Of a stretch of 64,000 bases of DNA, positions 39,194 to 48,853 are shown piece after piece. The position numbers were made by a program, and so were the translations under genes. The first letter of the stretch is position 1. Each line of letters begins with the position of its first letter. Source of the stretch: Gemmatimonadaceae bacterium (GTDB taxonomy: Bacteria > Gemmatimonadota > Gemmatimonadetes > Gemmatimonadales > Gemmatimonadaceae); contig JBGAJQ010000006.1 in NCBI GenBank assembly GCA_044224875.1, forward strand, positions 76,802 to 140,801, written 5' to 3'. The notes under the pieces were generated by a model. The model was not told the DNA's origin. It saw nothing but the letters and a program-made list of their open reading frames with translations, and made no database searches.

Positions 39194-40305
39194 GCCGCCC
39201 CTTGTTTCTCTCCGTCGTTATGCCGGCAAGGAATGGGCACGACGTGTTGCCGTTGGCGCTGGAAGCGCTCACGCAGTGCGATTTTCCGCGCGATCGCTGG
39301 GAGCTGATCGTCGTCGACGATGCCAGCACGGACGACACGGCCACGATAGCGGCGCGCTTCGCCGACGCGGTCATCAAGATCCCCGGCCGTGCGCACGGTC
39401 CGGCCTATGCCAGGAACCGAGGGGCGGAGGTTGCGCGTGGCGATGTGCTCGTCTTCTTCGACGCCGACGTGGTGGTGCATTCGGACACCTTGCGCCGCTT
39501 TGCGGAGCTCCTCGAAGCGCGCCCCGATATTGGTGGCGCCTTCGGTTCCTACGATGACAGGCCGCCTGCGAAGGGGATGATGTCGCAGTATCGCAATCTG
39601 CTGCATCACTACACACACCAGCAGAATGGTGGGGACGTCGCATCGTTCTGGGCCGGGGCAGGGGCCATTCGGAGAAACGTCTTCCTCGACGCCGGGATGT
39701 ACGACGAGTGGCATTTCGCGCGGCCGCAGATCGAGGACATCGAACTCGGCCAGCGGATCTGCCGTATGGGTCAGCGTCTTGTCCTCCAACCGGACATACA
39801 GGTCACGCACCTCAAGCATTGGACGTTCGGGTCGGTCGTCAGGACAGACCTCCGTGACCGGGGAATTCCGTGGGCGCGGCTGCTCGCCCACAGCGGCGGC
39901 ATGCTCAAGGTCGGGACACTCAACCTCAAGTGGACCGAGAAGCTCAATGTGATTTTGGTGTGGGCAGCGGTGCTCTTTTTGGGGCTGTGGTTGCCGCTGC
40001 GCGACAATCGCCTGGTTTTCGCCGCGCTGGGCTTCCTTGCCGTGGTCGTGCTGACCAACTGGAGGATGCTGGCCTTCTTTGCGCGGGTGCGCGGAGTGTT
40101 CTTTGCCCTGCGCGTGATTCCCGCCCACCTGTTGTACTATCTGCTGAACGGGATATCCTTCGGTACGGGCTTGCTGCTGCAACAGGCAGTAGGTGCGCCA
40201 CTTCCGGACCCCACGATTGAAGCGTGGCACGAAGTGGGAGTGCAACGGTGGCCGCCCATCCCCTCCAAACACAGGAGGAGCACATGGACGGCCGGCAACG
40301 AGTAG
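39190..40305 (+). CDS. GT2 glycosyltransferase with C-terminal TM helices
   Basis: VDDASTD, GPAYARNRG, FFDAD and EDIELG motifs. Confidence 0.9.
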   Translation: MSRPLFLSVVMPARNGHDVLPLALEALTQCDFPRDRWELIVVDDASTDDTATIAARFADAVIKIPGRAHGPAYARNRGAEVARGDVLVFFDADVVVHSDTLRRFAELLEARPDIGGAFGSYDDRPPAKGMMSQYRNLLHHYTHQQNGGDVASFWAGAGAIRRNVFLDAGMYDEWHFARPQIEDIELGQRICRMGQRLVLQPDIQVTHLKHWTFGSVVRTDLRDRGIPWARLLAHSGGMLKVGTLNLKWTEKLNVILVWAAVLFLGLWLPLRDNRLVFAALGFLAVVVLTNWRMLAFFARVRGVFFALRVIPAHLLYYLLNGISFGTGLLLQQAVGAPLPDPTIEAWHEVGVQRWPPIPSKHRRSTWTAGNE

Positions 40306-40337
40306 TTGCGCGGCGATCGCGCGGAGGAGTGCTTCGC

Positions 40338-40751
40338 ATGGTCACGCCTCGATCACGTCTTTCTGCGGTGGACGGTTCCGCCGGCCAACGCCAGAATACG
40401 GAAGAGCTGATGATTCCGGCCCTGCAGTTGGCGTTCGCGCCGCTGCACAAGCGGGCGTTTGGCCTCGCGACTGGCGCAGCTGGTGCCACCTTCATGTTGT
40501 TGCTCACGGTCGTGGCGAAGCTAAGCCCCTTGGCCAAGGGTTTTCCGCTGTACCTTCTGGGCGAGTATTTTTACGGCTACTCGGTCTCGTGGCCCGGTGC
40601 GGTCGTTGGCACGCTTTGGGGCTTCGCGGTGGGATTTGTCGCGGGGTGGTTCGCAGCGTTCTGCCGGAACCTGGCCTTGGCCATCTCCGCGTTTTTCATT
40701 CGCACCCGCGCCGAGCTGAATGCAACGCGCGAATTTCTCGACCACATTTAG
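40338..40751 (+). CDS. Small membrane protein of unknown function
   Basis: GGAGGAG RBS; 2-3 TM helices; GYSVSWPGA..G motif shared with the next gene. Confidence 0.7.
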   Translation: MVTPRSRLSAVDGSAGQRQNTEELMIPALQLAFAPLHKRAFGLATGAAGATFMLLLTVVAKLSPLAKGFPLYLLGEYFYGYSVSWPGAVVGTLWGFAVGFVAGWFAAFCRNLALAISAFFIRTRAELNATREFLDHI

Positions 40752-40769
40752 CGTGCCCTTGGCCGACCT

Positions 40770-41063
40770 ATGACAGAGACCCGTGAAACGGCGGTTCAGG
40801 CGACACTCCTGCAGCTGAACGCTCGCGCGTGGGGGATCTCATTCGGGTTGCTGTTGGGCGGCGGGTTGTTCCTGGCGACGGTGGTGCTGGTGCTCAAGGG
40901 CGGCCCAATGGTCGGGCAACACCTCAGTCTCATCTCCGCCTTTTTCCCCGGCTATCGCGTCAGTTGGCTCGGCGCTTTCATCGGGTTCATCTACGCGTTC
41001 GTTTTGGGCTATGCGTTAGGCCGCATCATTGGCGAGGTGTACAACCGGCTCACGGTGCGATAG
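40770..41063 (+). CDS. Small membrane protein, paralog of the preceding gene
   Basis: 97 aa; AWGISFG...FFPGYRVSWLGAFIG...YN. Confidence 0.75.
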   Translation: MTETRETAVQATLLQLNARAWGISFGLLLGGGLFLATVVLVLKGGPMVGQHLSLISAFFPGYRVSWLGAFIGFIYAFVLGYALGRIIGEVYNRLTVR

Positions 41064-41094
41064 CACGATCGGTTGGCATCCGGTCAATAAAACG

Positions 41095-41124
41095 AGAAAG
41101 AGGCGCCTGGCGGCGCCTCTTTCT
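41095..41124. terminator. Bidirectional intrinsic terminator
   Basis: Perfect 13-bp stem AGAAAGAGGCGCC-tggc-GGCGCCTCTTTCT between convergent genes. Confidence 0.85.
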
Positions 41125-41144
41125 GATTCTGCCCACTCCCTCGT

Positions 41145-41969
41145 TTACCACCCACGAAACTTCATCAATACCGAGGGCACGGTCTGCAACATGATCTTGA
41201 CGTCAGTCCAGAAGCTCTGGGTGCGCAGGTACTGCAGATCCCAATTGACCTTCCCACGCACGTCTTCCAGGCACGCGTCGTACTTCTGGTTGATCTGAGC
41301 CAGCCCAGTCAGCCCCGGCTTCACGCGATGGCGGAACTGGTACTCGGCAATGTCGTCGCGCAGACGAGCCACGATGCTAGGTCGCTCTGGACGCGGACCA
41401 ACAACGTTCATGTCGCCCCGAATGACATTCCAGAACTGCGGGACTTCGTCGATTCGGAATTTTCGAAGGTATTTGCCGAGGGTAGTGACGCGCGGATCAT
41501 TCTCTTGCGCCCACACCGCACCGGACTTTCGCTCGGCGTCCACACGCATCGTGCGAAACTTGTAGATCGTGAACACCTGGCCGCCGAGGTCTTCCTGGCG
41601 TCGCTCGCGCAAGGCGAGCGTCTCTCGCCAACGCCGATCCATCCCGACGCGCGTTTGCGCGTAAAAGATGGGACCGCGCGAGGACATCTTGATCAGCACA
41701 CCGACGACGAAACAAATCGGCGCCGAGACCACCAGTGCGGTGACCGCGGCACTGACGTTCAAGGCACGGCTCAGCGTTTCATTGCGCTCGCGAGGAAAGA
41801 CCTGTTCAACCGAGGGAACCCGGTCCGCGGTTTTCGCGAGATCCACCGATCGAGGGCGCTCGATGATTCGAGCACCCTCGCCTGTGTCTGACCGACGAGT
41901 CGATCGTCCGGCAGGCGCGGAAATTCGAGGACTTTGACCATCGACGTACTGCGGCAACGATGTCTCCAT
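41145..41969 (-). CDS. Priming sugar (phosphoglycosyl) transferase, Bac_transf family
   Basis: GPIFYAQTRVG, YKFRTM, DPRVT, DEVPQFWNV.RGDMNVVGPRPE and KPGLTGLAQ motifs. Confidence 0.92.
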   Translation of the reverse strand: METSLPQYVDGQSPRISAPAGRSTRRSDTGEGARIIERPRSVDLAKTADRVPSVEQVFPRERNETLSRALNVSAAVTALVVSAPICFVVGVLIKMSSRGPIFYAQTRVGMDRRWRETLALRERRQEDLGGQVFTIYKFRTMRVDAERKSGAVWAQENDPRVTTLGKYLRKFRIDEVPQFWNVIRGDMNVVGPRPERPSIVARLRDDIAEYQFRHRVKPGLTGLAQINQKYDACLEDVRGKVNWDLQYLRTQSFWTDVKIMLQTVPSVLMKFRGW

Positions 41970-42000
41970 ACGTTGTCGGGGTGGGGCGGTTGACGCGAGA

Positions 42001-42828
42001 CTAAGGCGTTTGGACGGTGCCGGAGGTTCCCGGACGCCGACCCCACCGCAGGATGAAATAGAATCCGATGATTGCCGACACGAACTGCAGGGTCTGCAAC
42101 ACGGACGTGCCCTTCTTTTGATCCGGAATGAAGATCTCGTCGCCATCGCGCAGCGACATGTCGCCCACGGTGCGATTGGCTCGCACCGCTTCCTGAAACT
42201 CCTTGGCGTCGATCACGGTCTTTCCCGACCGACGCACCGTTGTCTTGTTGAAGTCTGATGTGCCGCCAGGTCCACCGGTCGCCATGATGACGTCCGTGAT
42301 CGCCTGATCGACGGGTACCGTCATGAAGCCACCGCGACCCACGGAGCCAAGGAGTGCCAGGCGAAGGAGCGGGGTGGCATTGAGGTCCGGCTTCTTCACG
42401 TACTTGCCGACTTCCTTGGTGAGGTGGTCCTTCAGCTCGGAATCGAGGACACCGGCTAGCGAGATGTCTGGCAGGTTCGGCAGCTGCAACATGCGATCGC
42501 CGCGCACGGTGAACGTGTCGGAAAACAGTGAGTCGCCAAGCAGCTGGACCAAAATGCGATCGCCGGGCACGAAGTCACCGTTCTTCAGGCGCATACGGAT
42601 GGCGCTCGCGTCGCCAATCATCTTGTCGCGCGTCTTCGTGTCGGGAGCAACTTGGGCCGCGTTTTCCGCCGCCTTCGCAATCTGCTCGAGCTCGGCACGC
42701 GTTGCTTGGCGTCGCTGCTCCCCTAGGGAAGCCTGCGCATGCGTTGGCGAGGTCAGCGTTAAGCACAACAGTGCCGCGACGGCGACCTGGTCAAACGTGC
42801 GTCGAATTAGATGTCTCTGATGGCTCAT
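42001..42828 (-). CDS. Polysaccharide export protein, Wza/SLBB-domain-like
   Basis: Signal peptide; PGDRI, LPNLPDISLAG, LGSV..GF and LRDGDEIFIP motifs; C-terminal amphipathic helix. Confidence 0.8.
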   Translation of the reverse strand: MSHQRHLIRRTFDQVAVAALLCLTLTSPTHAQASLGEQRRQATRAELEQIAKAAENAAQVAPDTKTRDKMIGDASAIRMRLKNGDFVPGDRILVQLLGDSLFSDTFTVRGDRMLQLPNLPDISLAGVLDSELKDHLTKEVGKYVKKPDLNATPLLRLALLGSVGRGGFMTVPVDQAITDVIMATGGPGGTSDFNKTTVRRSGKTVIDAKEFQEAVRANRTVGDMSLRDGDEIFIPDQKKGTSVLQTLQFVSAIIGFYFILRWGRRPGTSGTVQTP

Positions 42829-43356
42829 GATGGCGAGTCAGCAATGCACTGATCGTGCTAAGGACGCGTTTCTGCTTTGCTTCGTCAAATCTAGTCACCC
42901 GAACGACTTCGGTCGCGTGACTTTCAACACAGAATCCACGATCGAAACGAACATGTGGGACACGGGCAACAGAACGACACCCTCTTCGAGTTTTGCACCA
43001 CGGTACCATGCAACACCCGATCCGCCCGCATCGTAAAAAGTCTGCCTCGACTGCCGCATTCGGACGTGCGATCGTCCGAACGCGATGTGCGCTAAAGTTT
43101 TATCGACCTGTATATCAATTTCGCGTTTGGCAGTCGGGGCGCGCGATCGACCTCATGGGTGCGCACGCACGCTTTTGGCGACGCCGTTGCGCCGATTTTC
43201 AATGCAGCCGTGGCCGATGCGAGGCGCAAGGTGTGGCGCACGTGCCTCACGCCACACATCAGGGATAACGTGAATTTCAGATAACTCGTTGTTGCAGATG
43301 ATCTTAGCGGTACTTGCACGCCCCGCACGACTTCTGCAAGATCTGCTCGTGGAAAT

Positions 43357-44490
43357 ATGCGCCTCATTACGCCGCCCACGGCAACACCAGCAAGCGCAGC
43401 CCAACGGGCACCGATGGTAGACATCGAACGCGACTCACCTCCGCCACTTGTCCTGCTTGCGAACGATCAGGAGTGGTCGGCGCGGTCGCTCGAGAGCATC
43501 CTCGGGCCCCACGGCTTTGCGTCTGTACGGGCCTACACTGGCCGACAGGCGTTGGATCTGGCGCGCCGCACGCGCCCAGACGTCATCATCGTGGACGCCG
43601 GCCTGCCGGACATCGCCGGCGTGGAGCTTTGCCAGCGCTTCCGGGACGATCCCGAGTTTCCCGCGAGCACGCCGATCGTGGTGACGACGGCTGGACCCGC
43701 GTCGCGGGCGCAACGTCTCGAGGCTTACCGCGCCGGTGCGTGGGAGTTCTTCAGCCAGCCCCTCGATTCTGAGGCGTTGCTGCTGCGTCTGGCCGTGTAC
43801 GTGAAGGCCAAGCGCGAGATCGATCGCTCGCGCGAGGAGAGCCTGCTGGACACCGCCACAGGGCTGTACAACGTGCGCGGACTTGCTCGGCGAGCCAGGG
43901 AGATCGGAGCGGACGCGACGCGGCGTCATTCACCGTTGGCGTGTGTGGCCATCATGACGATCCCCGAGGCCAACGATGCGTCGTTAGGTGAGGACGTCGA
44001 TCCCGTGGTCACGGAGCACTTGAGCGAGATCTGTCGTCGGACGGCGCGATCGTCGGATGTGGTCGGACGCCTTGGGCGCTCAGAGTTCGCCATCATCGCG
44101 CCAGCCACCGACGACAAGGGAGCCGTTCGGCTTGTCGAGCGGCTTCGGGAAATGGTGGAGACGATCCCATTGTCCGTGGACGGGGCGCCCCGCCAGCTGC
44201 GGGTTCGAGCCGGGTACCAGCGGTCGCTGATCAGCAGGCCGGTTGACGCAGGCGGTCCTGTTTTGCGCAGTTCACGGCGCTCCGGCATGGCCGCAGCGGG
44301 GACAAGCGCGCACGGTCACGGCGTTCGAGGAAAAGTCCCCCTGCGCTCGTGCAGAAGTGCCGCTTCGCCAGCGATTCCGGAACGCCCGGCCCAATCGCCG
44401 GGCGTTTTCTTATTCGTACGTTGCGATAAAACAACGCGGCGCGCCGGAAACCGTCCGGCGCGCCGCGCATGCCTTGCGAGTGAAGCCTAA
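43357..44490 (+). CDS. Response regulator with a REC domain and a degenerate GGDEF domain; 3' end scrambled by indels (true stop probably near 44360)
   Basis: REC motifs VLLAND, PDVIIVD..LPD; D.ATGLYN; RLGRSEF in place of GGDEF; the composition breaks down after RVRAGY. Confidence 0.75.
   Translation: MRLITPPTATPASAAQRAPMVDIERDSPPPLVLLANDQEWSARSLESILGPHGFASVRAYTGRQALDLARRTRPDVIIVDAGLPDIAGVELCQRFRDDPEFPASTPIVVTTAGPASRAQRLEAYRAGAWEFFSQPLDSEALLLRLAVYVKAKREIDRSREESLLDTATGLYNVRGLARRAREIGADATRRHSPLACVAIMTIPEANDASLGEDVDPVVTEHLSEICRRTARSSDVVGRLGRSEFAIIAPATDDKGAVRLVERLREMVETIPLSVDGAPRQLRVRAGYQRSLISRPVDAGGPVLRSSRRSGMAAAGTSAHGHGVRGKVPLRSCRSAASPAIPERPAQSPGVFLFVRCDKTTRRAGNRPARRACLASEA
44381..44412 (+). 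terminator. Intrinsic terminator after the REC-GGDEF gene
   Basis: Stem AACGCCCGGC / GCCGGGCGTT followed by TTCTTA. Confidence 0.6.
44428..44467 (-). terminator. Intrinsic terminator after wzc
   Basis: 14-bp stem CGCGGCGCGCCGGA / TCCGGCGCGCCGCG followed by TTGTTTT on the minus strand. Confidence 0.7.
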
Positions 44491-46943
44491 CGCTTCGACT
44501 TCGACTTGCCGTTCTCCTTGCCATTGCCGCCAGAGGTAATCAGCCCCGGGCCGGTCTCTGGCATGGCCGCATCGTAGCCTTCGAGGTAGGAATAGTACCT
44601 GAACTGCGGATTGGCGCCCATGTCGTTCAGGATGGCGCCTAGCAGGCGGACCGGCATGCGGTCCATCACGTTCAACTTCGCCTGGGCGAGCCGGCGATCT
44701 GTTTCGCCGGTCCGCAGGACGAGCACCATCGCCCCCGTAGCCGCACCAAGGGCGTAGGCGTCGATACCAGCGCCTAACGGTGCCGTGTCGACCAAAATAG
44801 CATCGAACTGATTGCGGAGGTCGCGAATGAGCTGCTGCATCGCGTCCGAGGCCAGCATTTCCGGTCCGTGTTGCCGGCGAGCACCGCCAGGAACCAGGAA
44901 GAGGTTGGGATTGGTCGTTGGACGGACGATCTCCGACAACGACGCCTCGCCGGCGAGGTAGTCGAGCAGACCGGGCGTTGGATCGCATTCCATCCCCTGG
45001 ATGGTGTGCAGCGATCCGCGGCGAATGTCGCCGTCGATCAGTACGGTCCGATAGCCGCCGTCCGAGAGCGCGGTGGCTAGGTTCGCCGAGACGAACGACT
45101 TGCCATCGCCTGGTCCAGGTGACGAGATCGTCAGCTGCACTGGTCCAATCCCTTCATAGGCCGCTCGAATCGTCAACGACAGGGACCGGAAGGACTCCAC
45201 CATCTGCGTCTGGTTGTGCAACCGCGCGGTGGGGTTCTTCACAGCCTTCAGCAGCGTTGGCACGGCGCCCACGACGTCCAACCCGAGTTCGTTCGTCGCC
45301 TGCTCGGGATATCGGAACCGCTTGTCCATGCGATCCAGCAGCAACGCGAGGCCCAGCCCGATGCCCACGGAAGCGGCCAGCGCCACCAGGAAGATCGAAG
45401 CAGCCGTGTCGGTCGACGGACGTCGCGGAGCCACGGCCGAATCGAGGATGGCGACGTCTGGCTGCGTGGTGAGATCGGCAAGGCGCGCTGCCACCGCGCG
45501 CGTCTGCAGATCGCCCACGATGGTGTTGGCGATGTCTACATCACGCTTGCGACGGCCTTCCTCGATCTGACGGGCAGGGATCTGCTTGAGCTCGACTCCA
45601 GCGCCATCGATGCGTCGCTTCATCTCCTGTTCTTGCGCCTGTACCTGGGCGATCGAGACCTCCATCTGCTGCGGAATGGTCTCCGTCTCCAGGACGTGGA
45701 TCTTGTCCTTGACCTCTTTTACCAGGCGGAATTCGTCCGTGTACGTCTGCTGCAACACCCTGAGTTGCTGCTGCTTGGTCAGCAGGTCCGTCACGGCCAG
45801 CGCAAGGTTCGTGTTCCCCTGCAACAGCGCCGGCACCGAGCGAATGTCCTCCACCTTGTATCGGCCACTGTCCGACTTGGCCGCGTCCTTCATGGCGACA
45901 GCGGCTTCGACGTCCCGACGAACCCCATCGTAGTTCGCCTTATCCTGGAAGAAGGCGTTCAGGACCGGGTTCATCGTAATGCTGATGCCCGGCGCCAGCG
46001 GCGTGTTCTCCGTTGGCAATGTGATGGTGTTGATCTTGAACGATTCGTAGGCGATTTCGGCCGACTCGAGCTGTTCCTTGGCCTGTTTGAGCTGCTCCTC
46101 CACGGTATTGGAGGCCGCCGTCAGGTTCTCCTTCTTCAGGCGTCCGGCCTGGTCGACAAAAACGTGGACGAGCGTGTTGAGCGTCGTCGCCAGAAGTCCA
46201 GGGGCGTCGCCGTTGAGCTGCAGAGTCATCAGGTTGCTCTGCGGCATCAGGTTGACCTGGAGCGTCTTGGCCAGTTCGAGCGACGCTTCACGGGGCGTCT
46301 CGACATCGAACTCGTATGCGCGACCTCGTCGCAGCAGCTCCGCGGGCGGTTGCCAGAGGAACCCAACGACGCGACCGATGGAATCGCCCACGGCGCCACG
46401 TTCAACCACACGCTCCTGCGCCTTCCGGTCGTCCGCCAGGCGGATCAGCTGATAGGACTTCCCCGCGCCATCGATCTTGAGTCGATAACCCGCCGCGCGC
46501 AGTGAGTCCGACGGCAACAAGTTGCGGAAGACCAGCGTATCGGCGGGGTCCTTGGGATTCACGTAGAGCGCCAGCTTGGACACGACGTCGTCCAGCACCA
46601 GGTAGCTCTTGGCCAGTTCAGGCCACGCCAAGTCCGACGAGATCAACCCCGGGGCGACAATCGGACCGTTCTTGCCACCGTTTTGCGCAATCCAGATCGT
46701 GGCATTGACGCCGTACTTTGGCTTGACGAATTGCGTGGCAACAAACCCCACTGCGGCCCCGACAGCCACGATCGCGAGAATCAACCAACGATACCGCTTG
46801 ATGGCGGACACCGATCGCTGGATCTGCTCGCCGACGTTGAAGGCAGCCTGGGGTGGAGCCGCCCCCCAACTCTGCAGCGACGGCAGCGCCTCGTGTCGGG
46901 GTGCCACCGGACCGGGAGAAGACGGGACGATGTTAGCGGACAT
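44487..46943 (-). CDS. wzc: Wzc-like polysaccharide co-polymerase / tyrosine autokinase
   Basis: Two TM helices flanking a coiled-coil periplasmic domain; ESFRSL, Walker A PGPGDGKS, LIDGDIRR, VDTAP; C-terminal Tyr cluster. Confidence 0.9.
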   Translation of the reverse strand: MSANIVPSSPGPVAPRHEALPSLQSWGAAPPQAAFNVGEQIQRSVSAIKRYRWLILAIVAVGAAVGFVATQFVKPKYGVNATIWIAQNGGKNGPIVAPGLISSDLAWPELAKSYLVLDDVVSKLALYVNPKDPADTLVFRNLLPSDSLRAAGYRLKIDGAGKSYQLIRLADDRKAQERVVERGAVGDSIGRVVGFLWQPPAELLRRGRAYEFDVETPREASLELAKTLQVNLMPQSNLMTLQLNGDAPGLLATTLNTLVHVFVDQAGRLKKENLTAASNTVEEQLKQAKEQLESAEIAYESFKINTITLPTENTPLAPGISITMNPVLNAFFQDKANYDGVRRDVEAAVAMKDAAKSDSGRYKVEDIRSVPALLQGNTNLALAVTDLLTKQQQLRVLQQTYTDEFRLVKEVKDKIHVLETETIPQQMEVSIAQVQAQEQEMKRRIDGAGVELKQIPARQIEEGRRKRDVDIANTIVGDLQTRAVAARLADLTTQPDVAILDSAVAPRRPSTDTAASIFLVALAASVGIGLGLALLLDRMDKRFRYPEQATNELGLDVVGAVPTLLKAVKNPTARLHNQTQMVESFRSLSLTIRAAYEGIGPVQLTISSPGPGDGKSFVSANLATALSDGGYRTVLIDGDIRRGSLHTIQGMECDPTPGLLDYLAGEASLSEIVRPTTNPNLFLVPGGARRQHGPEMLASDAMQQLIRDLRNQFDAILVDTAPLGAGIDAYALGAATGAMVLVLRTGETDRRLAQAKLNVMDRMPVRLLGAILNDMGANPQFRYYSYLEGYDAAMPETGPGLITSGGNGKENGKSKSKR

Positions 46944-47048
46944 GTGATGCCTGGAAGACGTTGAATTCGACCATACCTAGACGATTACCACGCAAAAAGG
47001 GCGCGCAAGCTGTGATACGTAACGCAATTCCGTTCGAAGCGTCTTTTT

Positions 47049-47064
47049 AGCAATTCTGGGCCCA
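47049..47064 (-). promoter_or_regulatory. Candidate sigma54 (-24/-12) promoter for wzc
   Basis: TGGGCCCAGAATTGCT = GG-N10-GC ending in TTGCT, about 105 nt upstream of the wzc ATG and divergent from a sigma54 activator gene. Confidence 0.35.
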
Positions 47065-47333
47065 CCAAAGTGGGAGTGTTTGGCGCTGTCGCGCGTCTGC
47101 TATCTGTAGCTTCGTGACAACAGACATGTTGGCGACGGACTACATAGTTCGACGATTCTCGCCTCAGGAACGCCTCACATTCGGGGATTTCAGCGATATT
47201 TCGGCGTCACGAGGTGCTGTTTCTGTTCGGCGTTGTGGTTCGCGCCCTGTAGGACGTTGGCATCATTTCTTCTACGAATTCGGTTCGCAGTCCCTCGGAA
47301 ACAGAGTTCAATTCTCCGGTTGGAGCGCGAGAC

Positions 47334-48853
47334 ATGGCAAGTGGCACTGTGGTCCAAGACGAAGATCGACCGAAAGAAGCTGGGGAGTCGCGCGATCCGC
47401 TCTCTATTTCGCCCACGTCAAGTTAGTCTGAATATTCTAATCGTCGATGATGATCGGACGCTGGGAAGGCTGCGCCAGTGTCCTGCAGATGGATGGGTAC
47501 GATGTTACGACGCTAGGTCGCGGCGACGAAGCGATCGATCTGGTCAAGCGGCGGCGCTTCGACATCATCCTCGTGGACCTCTACATGACCCCGGTGTCGG
47601 GCATGGAGATCCTGAAAGCCACGATGGAGTCTAGCAAGGACACCATCGTGGTTGTGATGACCGGCAATCCGAGCGTAACCACGAGTATTGAGGCCCTCCG
47701 AGCGGGCGCTTGGGACTATCTGCCAAAGCCGTTCTCGGCCACGCACCTCCAGGTGTTGGTCGGGCGCGCCTCGCACGCGGTCATGGTGGCTCGCGAGACG
47801 CGTGACCTTCGTGTCCAGCTCCTCAAGCAGACTGGCAATTCCGACAAGCTCACGTTGCTCGGCGTTTCGCCCGCTTTCCGAAAGGCGGTGGACCTCGCCA
47901 GAAAAGTCGCGAGCACGGATGCCTCTGTCATGATCATGGGCGAAAGCGGTACAGGGAAAGAACTCATCGCCCAGTTCATTCATCAGTACAGCCGCCGCGC
48001 TAGCCGCTCGATGGTGCCGATCAATTGCGCTGCGCTACCCGAAGGCTTGCTCGAGAGCGAACTGTTTGGCCACCGAAAGGGGGCGTTCACCGGAGCGGAG
48101 CGCGACAAGCCGGGGCTTCTCGAAATCGCCAATGGCGGCACGCTGTTCTTAGACGAGCTGACCGAGATGTCGCTTCCGCTTCAGGCGAAGCTGCTCCGTG
48201 TTCTTCAAGACGGCGTAGTGCGTCGCGTGGGATCGGAGAAGGAAGACGCCATCGTCGACGTGCGCTTCATTTCGGCCACAAACCGAAACCCACAGGATTG
48301 CGTGGCCAAGGGCACACTGCGCGAAGACCTGATGTATCGGCTTCGCGTCGTACCCATCAACCTGCCGCCCCTGCGGAAGCGTCAGGAGGATATCCCACTG
48401 CTGGCGAATCACTTCCTGACGCACTTTTGGGAACGTCACCGCGGTGCGAATGAGCCGTCGCCGAAGATTTCCGATGGCGCCATCGACTTCTTGCGATCTC
48501 GTCCGTGGCGCGGGAACGTCCGTGAGCTGCAAAACGTGATCGAGCAGCTCACCGTTCTCACCGAGCCCGGGCATGTGATTACGGCAGAGGACGTTCCGAT
48601 TTACGACGACGCGACGACCGAAGCGCCGACCACTGGGCTCCCCGCGAATGTGCTGGCGGACAGCTTCCACGTCGCGAAGGACAAGCTGATCGCGCACTTC
48701 GAAAAGGAGTACCTCTCGCAACTCATCTCCCGGGCGGGCTCGAACATGTCGAAGGCGGCTCGCTTGGCGAATATCGACCGGACGACGCTATACCGGTTGA
48801 TGGACAAGCATGGGTTTCGCCGAGAGGAGATGATGGGTACGTTCGAGGAGTGA
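47334..48853 (+). CDS. Sigma54-dependent NtrC-family response regulator (REC-AAA-HTH) with frameshifts in the first ~130 nt
   Basis: GESGTGKE, ESELFGH..GAFTGA, LFLDE, WRGNVREL and HTH; the REC start LNILIVDDDRTL lies in a different frame from EGCASVLQ. Confidence 0.85.
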
